Source of the DNA: Caecitellus pseudoparvulus
Lineage: Eukaryota; Protista; Bigyra: Bicosoecida
DNA length: 64,000 nt
Assembly (NCBI GenBank): GCA_965644315.1
Contig: CBFFRQ010000020.1
Coordinates: 248,001 to 312,000 of the forward strand
Direction of reading: 5' to 3'
Shown in pieces: positions 14,801 through 26,800 of the stretch (the stretch's first letter is position 1; every line of letters begins with the position of its first letter). The notes under the pieces were generated by a model. The model had not been told where the DNA came from. It did no database searches and saw only the letters and a list, made by a program, of their open reading frames with translations. Position numbers and translations under genes: made by a program.

Positions 14801-17800
14801 TGCACAGCTGACCCCATACCAGCCAGCACGCTCACTGAGCCGCCCACAAGCCCATCGCCACCCTGCACACCGACAGCCCCTGCAACACCACCCCCACCTG
14901 CGCCCGACACCATGGCTACTGACCCGGCCTGTCCTCCCACGCTTCTCCCCCCCGCCACCGACACAGCACCATGGCCTCGACCAACCCTCGTGCTCACATC
15001 ACCAGCACCCAGCACTCCCCCGCCACTGCCAATCGCCACAGCGCCAGACCTGCCCACAGCGCTGTCCCCGCTGCGCACATCCAAGGCCCCTGACGCCACA
15101 CCACCACCTGACATGCCGGTGCCCAATGCCACACTGTCCCCGCCCTCAATGCTGACTGACCCACTCTGTTCGCTCGAGCTTGAGCCGCTCACAGCCAACA
15201 CAGTACCTCCACGCACAGCTCGGCCACCACCACCAAGGACTCTGACCTCCGACCCCGCAACAGCAATGCTGCCGCCCTCCACACCCCCGCCAGCGGACAC
15301 AGTCACATGGCCGGCTGTCGCCCCTTCCCCGCTCACAATGCGGGACTCCCCCCCATCATCACTGCCATCGCCTCCACCGACCCTGACACCTGCCGCACCA
15401 GCCAACTCCACACCACCCCCCTGACCCTGCCCACGCCCCGCCCCAACACCAACACTCGACCCAGACAACACAACTGACCCCGACGCCAGGCTGCTTTGCC
15501 CAGCACCCACCATGATCGACCCTGCCGTGCTGCTTCCCTCGCCCACCCGCATGGTCACATCCCCACTTGCACCTTGCCCGGCACCGCTCCCCAGCACAAC
15601 ACTGCCGGACAGCCCCCCATCACTTGCACTGCCGCTCCGCACCTGCACACGGCCACCTCCCCCATGCACAGACGCCCCTGCATGTACACTCACGGCGCCC
15701 CCAGCACTCCCCACCACACCGGCATCGCCACCCGCCCACCTCACGCTGCCACCAACGCCCCTCGCCGCCACGCCTCCCCTCATCGCTAGCCTGCCACCAA
15801 CTCCTCCATCGCTGACACCGCTGGACACTGTGACACCCCCCCTTCCCACGACACGCACGTTGCCGCCGCTCCCTGCAGCGCCACCAGCAACGACACTGGA
15901 GCCACCACCAACACCTGCATCTGATGCTCCACCTGACACACCCACACTGCCTCCCACGATGCCCACCGCCCCTGCCCCTGTACCGCCATGGCCTGCTTGC
16001 ACTGACAAGCCACCACTAGTGCCGTTCACACCCCTCCCGCTCACGACGCGCACAGCCCCACTACCACCTGCACTGCTGCCGCTCCCCAGACTCGCTGCAC
16101 CGCTGGACCCTCCTGAGCTGGAACCGCTGCCCAGTGTGACGCCCCCACTGGCCCCACTGCCGCTGCTACTCACCGTCACATTGCCTGATGCTCCATGCTC
16201 AGACCCACCAGCTGCTGCACTCACACTGCCACCAATCACACTGCCATCACCACCGACCAAGTGCAAGGCGCCACCACCCACCGCACCACTCCCGACCGCC
16301 ACCTGCACCGCACCGGACTCACTGCCCTCCCCACTCGTCATCATCACACCCCCTGACGAGCCACCAGAGCCGCCACTCTGCACACCCACGGCGCCCCCAC
16401 TCGCCACACCCACACCACCTGCCCCGATCACCGTGACAGAGCCGCTGCTGCCCTCCAGAGCGCTGCCTGTGACCACCGCTAGAGCCCCCCCTGACCCACT
16501 CCCAGCAGCACCACTGCCAAACACCACGCTTCCACTTGCTTCACCGCCTCCACTTAGCACCGTCACACCACCGCTGCCCGCTGCAGTACTGGACCCACTC
16601 CTGGTGCTGACAAGCCCGCTCGTGCCGTTCACACTTGACCCGCTGGACACCTCAACTGCAGAGCTTGCATCATCGCCTCCACCTCCACGCACCACGGCTC
16701 CCCCACCCACATCACCCCCACCACCAGCCGCCAAAGCGTGACCACCGCCCTGACTCCCGGCACCCGCCTCGACAGTCAAAGACTCTGCTTGCATCTGCAA
16801 GGCACCGCCCGCGCCCTGGCTGGAGCCCACCATGAGCTTCGCGCCCCCCCCAGCAGACCCAAGCGACACGTCGCCCACTTGCCCACTTGCCAGCAGGACT
16901 GCCTCGCCAGCCACCAATGCCGACCCTGATGCCTGGACGCCGATGTCTCCGCTGCCTGCCACCCCTGTGCCGGTGTGCATGGCCAGTCCTCCGCTGCGCC
17001 CCGATGTGGCCACTCCGCTTGCCAACACAAGCGAGCTCCCACCTGCTTGGCTGCTGCCTGCCTGCGCTGCAACACGCCCACTCCTGCCCCCCGCCCCGCT
17101 GATGACAGCGACGCCGCCCCCTCTGACATGCTCAATGCAAGGCTATCGCCCCCTTGCACCTCCACAGTGCCTGATGTAGTCTTGCCAGGGCCTGTGCCAA
17201 TGCGCACCTGCCCACCCTGCCCGCTGGCCCCCGCTGAGCCAACTCCCACCTCCACGCGGCCACTTGAGCCACCAACTGAACCACCGTGCCCGCTCTCCAG
17301 TGTCAAGGCACCTGACCCTCTCGCGCCCTCGGCACTCGTCACTGATACCTCGCCTGTCGTCGCTTCCCGCCCTGACAAGGCTTCAGAGAACCTAAGCCCT
17401 TCACCTTGTAGCGCCAAGACCAACCGCCCCACCACATCGTCGTGCAGCATAGGACCACCCTCTCCACTGGACAGGATAGCACGCAAACTATCTTGTGCGC
17501 TGGCCTGACTGCCCCCTGATGCGATGCCTGATACGAGCGGCAGAGACAAAGCCGCGATGCGGCGCGCAGCCACATCGCTCACCGGCGCCCCTTGCTGTCC
17601 ACGAGACAAGGCTTGGACGACAGCCCCCACCACCGTCGCCGGGGCATGCACCGAGCCACGCCCATCAACCGACAGCCTGCCATCTCCCCCTGCACTGAGC
17701 ACCATGCCTTGGCCACTGCCCACAGCCACTGCACCGCCGTCCAACACAGCACCACTGCCAGATACCCCGAGCGCTGTCGAGCCCACACTCAACGACCCCC

Positions 17801-20800
17801 CACTAGACTCCAACACCGACACACCACCCTCCAGTCGCACAGACCCAGTGCCGTGCATGCTGATGTTTCCGCTTGCTTCGACAGCGACGTCACCGCCGGA
17901 CTCACCTCCCCCAGCCACGCCAACCACGCTCCCACCACCAGCTACACGTGATGCCCCCGACTCAACCCCCACCACGCCACCGCCGCCAACCCGCACACCG
18001 CTTCCACCAGCCAACCGCAAGCCACCATCAGCATGTGTGCCTACGTCCACATTGCCTGCACCAACCACACCTACTGACTGCCCAGCGAAAGACACCTCAC
18101 CCCCAGCACCGCTGCCACTGGCCCCCCCGTGCACTCGCACGGCACCACCCAAACCGCCCTCGGCGCGGCCCCCCCGCACGGCTGCATCGCCTGCGTGCAC
18201 TGCAGCTGCACCGCTCTCAATGGACACGCCCCCGCTGCCATGACTCCCACTGCCGCTCCCCACATCCACGCCACCAGCCCCCACGACGCTCACCGCGCCA
18301 CCCGCCACACTGATGCCGCCTGACTCAACACGCCCCGACCCACTCTCATGTGCAACATCACCACCTGCCCCTGCCTTGCTGCCTCCACCTGCCACTTCGA
18401 TCGCCGTGCCCCTCACATGCACACCTCTGCCGGACACTGCCACGCCGCCCGGTCCATGAACGGCAGTGCTGCCCCCCACAGCACCCCCACCACCTGCCAC
18501 ACTCACCAGACCACCCACAGCAGTCCCCGACCCACCCAACAGCCCCACATCACCCGATGCCGTCGACACTGACACATCGCCCGCTGCACTCGTGCCGCCC
18601 CCTGACAGCACTGACACGCCACCCTGGCCCTGCACTTGCATCTCCGTCTGCACCTGCACTTGCACGCTGCCGCTTGCGTGGGAGTCCGCTGAAGCAAGCG
18701 TGGACACTGTCACTGAGCCGGCTGGGCCTGCTGTGGAGCTGCCACCAGCAACGTTGACACTTGCACCCGACATCCCAACACCTTGCCCTGCCACAGACAG
18801 CGCGCCAGATGCTTCAGCAGCTTTCCCAGAAGAGACAACCAAGCCCCCCCCAGCATTGGCGCCAGCTGCTGTGCCCACATCGACCACACCACTGACTGAA
18901 CCAGAACCGCCTTCCAAGGATGCCACCCCATCGCCATCAGCTGACATCACGATGCTCCCAGCGTCACCGGTACCGGAACCCACAAGCAGCGCTACCCCAC
19001 CACCGCCTCCCTGCATCTGCACGCTCCCATTCGTTGCCACAACGTTGTTTGCGCGGTCGCGGCTTGAGAGCCCGACGCAGCCTTCCGATGCAATGGCTAC
19101 AGCCCCTCCTGCAGAGACACTGTGCCCTGCCTGGACCTGCACCCCTCTCATGTACTGCAGCAACATGCCACCCGACGTTCCCTTGCTTGCGCCGCTGTGC
19201 ATGTGCACTGTACCTGACGACAGCCTGCCACCCCCTGTTGTCACCGCCACGCCTCCAGCAGATGCGACGTTGACGTCACCACTGGACAGGGCGCCGAGCC
19301 CTGATGCTACTCTGCTTGCACCCTGATCGACCGTCTGGATTGCGACAGATCCTCCTGGTCTGGATGATACTGAAGTTCCTGCATGAACAAGTATCGATCC
19401 TCTCTCTTCAATGGACCGAGTTGATCCCGCTTGAAGGTCGATAGACGCGGTGTTGAGCGAGACATCGCCACTTCTGCGTGCCCCGCTACTGGATCTTAGT
19501 GACACTACGCCGGAGCTGATGGAGGCGGCACCAGAACGCATGTCAATCGTAGATTCCGAAAGTAAGTGGAAGCCTGCGCCCTCAGTCCCAGCTCCTCCTT
19601 GTAGATCAACTGCTCCGGATGATGCCACACCGCCACCGCTGGAAACTTGCACCTTTCCTGACCTTTTGCTCGTTCCTGAACCTGCAAGAAGTGCCCCAGA
19701 GTGCAGCTTGGATGCTCCGCTCTGTAGGAATACTGATCCTGATGCTTGAAAAGCAGACCCTGTCGAGGCATTCGTGTTGCCCCCAGCCGCAATGGTAATG
19801 CTCCCGGTCACGACATTGGGCTTTGTCACAACAGAAACGAGTGAAGATGCCACCATGGTGACAGTCGACGATGCTTGCACACGAACAGTGTCCGCAGTAG
19901 CACGCAACACTGCGTTTCTAGCTGAAGCCGCTCCCACGACAAGGTCTGCAGCACCTCGTGCACCTGCCGACTCACTTCGCAGTTGGACTGGGCCTTGGCC
20001 ACGAAGCAGCATCCGAGATGAAGCACCTTTGCCTCCGGACAAAGAAGTACCACGAACTAGCTGCCCTTGAACGCGAGTATGCTGTGAGTGAAGCCCGTCC
20101 TGATCTGGTCGTCCGACCACTACCCACGCCCCCGGCGCCCCCGTTGACCCAACAGCCCCAGCAGTCGAAGGGGACACTTGCACGCTGTCAGGTGCATGGA
20201 GGAAAATGCCACCCGACTTGGACAGCCCGCTCCCAGTCAGTACGCTGACGTTTGAAGCAGTCGCGGACAAGTTTAGGCCGTGACCGTGCAGATCTCTAGA
20301 GTTCGTTCGAACCATCACAGTCCCGAACCCCACCTGAAGTGTGGGTGATTCCACAAGTCCTCGCTCAAATGAGGCCTGAACATCCTGCCCAGATACTCGC
20401 ATTGCTGCCCCGGCAAATGCTCGCAGAGAACCTCCACCCACTGGCCCTGACGAGCCGCGAACATGCACAGATCCTCCCCTGCCGGTCAATGCCGTTCCAG
20501 CACGTATGAAGGTTGAGGCCTCTGTCTCTTTCGTACCTTGGGAGGACAACAACAGCGTGCCTGCGGATTCAAGTGAACCAGCTCGAAACATGACATCGCC
20601 AGGTGCAGCTCCATTGCCTGCAGCAGCCACGATCCCCGAAGCGGACAGCTGTATGCCTCCAGAAGATGCGCCCGAAAGTGTCGTCACTCGAACCGGCCCT
20701 GAACTCTCACTGAATGCCTTGGACTGAAGCAAAACATCCCCTCCAGATAAATCCAGGGCCGCGTTACGCCCCGCCTTGGCAGATGCGGTGATGCTTCCTG

Positions 20801-23800
20801 GTGCGAGGCCACCAGCAAAGAGGTGCACCGAGCCAGGTCGGGTGCCCTCCTGGGCGGCCATCGCAACGCCACTTCTCCCGCGCAGTGCTAGGGTGCTGTC
20901 TGCAGCAAGTGACACGCGCCCGCTCGATTCCTTCGCCTGCCCTGTATATAACCCCACCTGCTCACCGCGAACGGCGGTCTCACTTGTGTTGAATCCCACT
21001 GCACCTGACCGGAAAACAGCCAGGCCACTTGAAACCGTCGCCGCTCCAGACGCAGACTCGATTCGCTTACTTGACAACACAGACATTCCTCCCTTCTGGT
21101 GAGAAATGCCTCCCTGTCCGTGAATGGTCGCACCCAAAACTTGAACACTTCTTTCAGACAGGAAGGTGACATGGCCACTTGCGCCAGCACTGGTCCCACT
21201 TGCAATGGTCACCGAGCCAGAGGCAGCAGTGCTGTTTCCAGATGCAATGCAAATCGAACCACTTTGCGTTGAAGAGTCAGAAGAAAGCTCAACCCGCCCG
21301 GTTGCGAGTCCAGGGCCAGACTTCAAGCGAACAGACTCAGAGCCAGAATCAGAGCTCAGCACTGCCACGTCCCCACTTGCAATTCCACTTCCGGAAAGAA
21401 GGCTGACACCAAGCTGACTCAAATCAGATGTTCCAGAATCAACGCGAATTGATCCTGATTCCAGGCGCAGCCCTCCACCTTCGGGGCCAGGAGCAGTGTG
21501 CGCTTTGATGTTTCCGACACGAACCGTAAGCTCAGACGTGTCCCCAGAAGATTTGAGTGCTGCACTTGAGAGCTCAGTGCCTGAAACTTTGAGTTCCACG
21601 TCAGACGCCGCGGCTTGCAGAGATGCTGAGCCCCGCTGCGCGATCGCGGATAAACTGGAATCTGCTTCGAGGTCGGCTGCGCTAGTTACAGAGAGCTCAC
21701 GCGCTTGGGTAAGGATACTTCGGCCAGCTACTGATGTGCGGTGCAAAGATGACACGGCAATAGTGGCACTTGACACAATTGCGCTGTCTGAGACTACTTT
21801 CACCGAGGAGCCAGCGCTGGCCCTGTCGTGTGGGTCGAAGTTCCCCGCCCCAGAACTGACTTGGATCTCGCCCCCCTTTCCGCCACCTGCCTGAGAAGAA
21901 ATGTGGGCAAAGCTCGGCGAGGACAGAACCACGTCGCCTCCTGCGCTTTTTCCTTTCCCTCCAAGCACGGAAATTTCAGGAGATCGCACTGACACTGAGC
22001 CTCCCTGTACGGGAGACGCGCCCGCGCCGATCAAGGCCGAACCAGAGGCGGAAACCTGCACATCCCCCGCTACACCTTGCCCACCAGGCACAGCAATTGA
22101 AACATTGCCAGCTGCTGCCGCTGCAATACCACTTGCAATATGCAGAGAGCTTGTGGCTGAAGCTGTCCCCGTTGCGAGAACGATGGAACCCGACTCTAAC
22201 GCTTTACCGCTTGCAAGCCGAACTGCTCCAGAAGACTCGCCCTCTGAACTCAAAAGCTTGATGGATCCTCTTCCAGCATCACTTCCTGCACTAATTCGTA
22301 CGTGCCCGAAAGTTGAAGAAGTAGCCCTGCTGAGCCCGCCCGTTTTGGCTCGAATCGCTGCCTGCTGGCCTGTCGACTGAACGACCACCCTTCCGTTGCT
22401 TCCTGCAGTCAAGGACACGCCCGACCCACCCCCTGCGCCAGACTCAACAAGTACGCTTCCTGCCATTCCAGCATCACCACTTCTTGCACTGACACTGCCA
22501 CTTGCGTGGTGGGCGCTGCTTGACTGTGCTGAGATTTCACCAGAAGAAGGAGCTTCGCCTGACCTGACGCCCACCGTGCCGCTTGCAGACCCGCCGCCAC
22601 TTCCCAATGTCATCATTCCAGAAAGGGGTGCACTTCCAGTCAAGCTTGAGATTCGGCCGCTTGTGCTCAGACCTGCACCTGTTCCAAGTGCTACGGCCCC
22701 CGACCTCGCTCCAGGTCCAGACGACACTTGGACACTCCCACTGAATGTCTGCCCACTTCCCGACTCTAGCAGAATGCCACCCGTTGCCAAGTGTGCACCA
22801 CCACTTGAGATGGAAACCTGGCCACTGTCTGCAGCACTGTCCTCTGTTGCGATGAGCAGGTTTCCACCAGGGGAGAAAGAGCTCGCCGAGCCAGACAGAA
22901 TGTGCACGTCGGATGCCGCACTCTCTACGCTCGATCCAGACATGATCGAAACGCCAGAGGCTGCAGAGCTGTGTGAGGACCCTGAGTGAAGCAGCAACCT
23001 GCCACTGGCGTGCAGGCCTTCTCCAGAACCAAAAAGCAGCGAGCCCGTACTCGGACCGGGGCCTGTCTTTATTGTCACTCCGCCGGACGGCGCATGCTCG
23101 GAACTGCCTGACTCGAATAAAATGCTGCCCCCCTTGCTGCGACCAGTCCCTGAGGCAACTCGGACGTCTCCCGCCCGAGATCCTGCCGAGAATCCGCCCA
23201 CCACATCCACCCCCCCAGCCAGACCTGGCGTCGTGCTAGAGAAGTGGCCGCCTGCTCTAAAGAGAACAGAACCACCTTGAGTAGTGCCCGCCCCTGGCAA
23301 GAGCGACAGATCGCCTACAAAGCCATTTCCAGGGCCTGATTGAAGGGAAACATCCCCACTCTCACGGCCAGCACGTCTGCTGACCAGCTCAATTCCACCT
23401 GACGCACGAAGGTTTGAGCTGGACTGAGCTGTCACAAGCCCCGAGTTCAATGCCGTGGGAGTATGGAGTAGGATTGCCCCCGAGCTTGCCTTTCCCGTGC
23501 CAGACGAAACGACAGTGCTCCCCCCGCCGGCATGGCAGTGCGGGCCACTGCAGGAGCCAGCTGAGGAACCCGCCACAAGACCAACATTCCCACCTCGCAG
23601 TAAGCCGTCGCCTGCAGCCAAACTCAGGGAAAGTGGGGCGCTCCCGGCTTCGCTCCCCAAGTGTACTTCGAGTGAGCCGGCAGCGTCACGGGCCAGCCCG
23701 GTCTCCAGAGCTATACCGCCACTTCCCACTCGGAATCCTGCAGCAGGAGCGGTGGTCAAGTTTACCCCAATTCCATGCTGCCCTGCCGCCGTCTGGATGT

Positions 23801-26800
23801 GCACACTGCCGCCGACATCTCCGCCTCTCCCCCCCTCCGCCTTCGTCCGTCCACCTGGCCCCTCAACTGCACCCCCGCCTAAAGCGGCGCTGTGCCCAGC
23901 GCTGGAGAAGCTGACGTCGCCCGCGCTTGCACTCCCCGCTGCCATCCCAGACGTGAACACCAAGCTACTCCCGTCACCAACAGCATCGCCTGCAGCTATC
24001 TCCAGAACCCCGGAGTCTCCGAGAGCTGCCCCTGAAGAGACTTGCACATCCTCGGAGCCTGCTGCGGAAGTTCCACTCTGTATGAAGATGCCACCAGCCT
24101 GCAGTGTTCCACCAGCAGAGGACAGACGGAGCATTCCTGATGCCAGGGAGCCTGTGGGGGTTTGCACGGTGATGGCTGCGTTTTCTTTGGCTCCCTGACC
24201 AGCACCAGCCAAAATTGTGGTGTTTCCTCCAGCCCCTGTCAAGCCTACGCCAGACTGTAATCGAATTGCACCACCGAGACGGTCTCCACTGCCGCCGACA
24301 AGGAGACTGTCCCCTTTTAGCCCAGCTTGCATGAGCAGTCCTCCACTGTGGTCAGCTTCTCCCGTCAGTAGCAAGATGGGGCCGGCCTGCCCGTCGCGGC
24401 TTGCTCCTCCGCGCACAGAGACACTGCCAGACTCAACCGCATCACTCGCGGAACGCAAGTTGACCATTCCGCTGATCGCTGCTTCAGCGGTCATGAATGA
24501 GGCGTTGCCACTCCTACCTGATGTGGACGTCCCTCCGAGCACCAGAAGGCTAGCACCGCGCGAGCTTGGGCCACTCACCGCACCTGCCTCTGCCACTATA
24601 TCACCTCCACGCATGCTTCCCTTTCCTAACAATGCAGACACATCCGCTCCCTGGCGAAGGTCGGCGATACCGCCTAGCACGTGAAGTGATCCTGAGCTGC
24701 CACCCATGTCAGCTGCAGCAGTGGAGACCAACACCTCACCGCTCTCCTGTCCAGTGCCGGACTTGAGAGTCAAGTGCCCGCTGCTCGGTGACGGCCCAGA
24801 TTCGAGTGAAGCTGCAGAGCTAGCGCCATACCCCTGACCGCTTTGAAGGCTGAGCAAACCAGAATCGTCAGCGCTGCCACCCCCCGCAGCAGCGCCAGAA
24901 ACAACGTACACGCGGCCACCTCGCTCTGAGTCAGAGTCTCCGGCGGCAAGCGCAAGGGCGCCACCTGCCGTGGAGCCCTTCGACAACGAATTTCCGGCAA
25001 AACCGTGAAGTGAAGCTCCGGGGGCAGTGGAGCTGTTCCCGGCTCGAAGCGTTACCGTCCCCGCACGAGAACCAGATCCAGAGTTGAGGAACAGGCCACC
25101 TGAAGTCCCGCGCACAGCGTTGCCAGAAGAGGTGCGCACCGCTCCAGAGCTCGTCATGGCAGCCTTGGCAGTGCCCAAGTTTATGTCGCCAGATGCTACA
25201 CCTTGCCCAGAGAGCACCTGCAGCCCTCCCCCTCGCTGGGCACCCGACCCAGCAGAAACAATCACAGGTGCTCCATCCCGCTTCACAGCGTGTCCTGACT
25301 GAATGAGTATCTTCCCGGCAGATGTTGACGATGCATCCCCACTCTCAACAGCGAGGGTACCAGAGGCAAGGAGCGCCTGCCCTGAGCCCAAGGACACATC
25401 TCCCGTACGCCCACGCCCCCTTGTTGGTGTTGACGCGACGTGAACAGCACCAGACTCGCTGGCTTCGCCTGACAGTGCCAGCAGGCTCCCTCCAGAGCCA
25501 GTCGAAGCCCGGCCGCCGGCAAGGCTCACAGCCCCTGCACGGTCACTGAGGCGAGCCAGGCCAGCGCTGGCCCCCCCCACGACGGCCACCTGGCCGCCGT
25601 CGGAGTTTGATGCGCCTGCTGCAAGCCGCACAGCACCACCAGAAACACCGTGTAGAGATGCAGTGCCAGCGGAAACAGTGATGGGGCTGCCCGGACCAGC
25701 AGCACTTGAGCCAGCCAGCAGCTGAACTCTCCCTGCAGCGCCTTGCCCCGTTTCGCCGGATGCGGCCTGCACCCCTCCAGAATTCACCCCCGCCTCACCT
25801 GAGAGGAGATGAACCTGCCCTGAAGCTCGACTGCTTGAAGAAGACATGTTAAATGCCCCTGTCGATGAGCTGCCAGGAGAAGCACCAGTTGTGGCGAAGA
25901 CCATGCCGCCTGGACCAATGCGCGCCCTTCCCGCAGCAAGAACGACCACTCCACCGGACGAAGCTGATGATGCACTGTGGGATGCTCCCCCGTGAATGGA
26001 AACACTACCTGCAGCGCCCGCTGATCCTCCAGAGGCACCTGCCTGAAGCATGAGACTGCCACCAGTGCCTCGCGAGGATGCTGAAGCCCCTGCAGACACC
26101 TGAAGCTGGCTGCCAGTGGATGCTGTCACTTGGCTCCCAACTCTGACGTGCACTCCGCCGGCTTTTGGGCCAGTTCCTGCAGACAGAAGCGCTGAGCCAC
26201 TGCCGAGGGCTCCCTGTGCTTCGCTGGTCATGAGATTGAGCGGCCCCGACGAAGCCGCTGACGAAGAGGATATGCGCAGGTCACCGGACCCACCCTCACC
26301 AGAGAGGCCGGAGTTGACATGCAGGGCTCCGCCTTGGGCTTCTTGAGAGGCACCTGCAGCGAGGAGAGCAGCCCCAGCGGCAGCCAGCTGTGAGGATCCT
26401 GACAGCGCGGTAAACGAGCCAGCAGTGGAGCGCTCTGTTGCACCGGCACGCAAGGCAACTGCACCCGCTTGCCCTTCGTGGGCAGCACCTCCAAGCAGCT
26501 CTACTGAGCCGGCAACAGCTCCCCGGGTCGTGGAGGCACCCGTTTGGAGCACGGCGTCCCCTGTGCTGCTGCCACTGCCTGCACCTGTGACGAGTTGGAG
26601 GGAGCCCGACAGGCCTGTCGCCGCACCCGTGCGAATGGCCACTTTGCCTGAGCTCAATCGAGCTTGACCTGACAGCACGGTGGCAGTCTCAGACGCGGGG
26701 CTGCTGGGACTGGAGCCCAGGAGGAGGGCCCCCGACTCGTGGTCGCCCAGCCCTGTCTTGATGGTGGCCTCCCCCGCAGCCTGCCCTCCCAGGCCAGCAG

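Noticed and set aside
1-19291. 5.26-kb repeat as a transposon, LTR element or integrated virus
   Set aside because: No terminal repeats or transposase, RT, integrase or capsid motifs were seen; the unit is in-frame coding sequence of the same style as its flanks.
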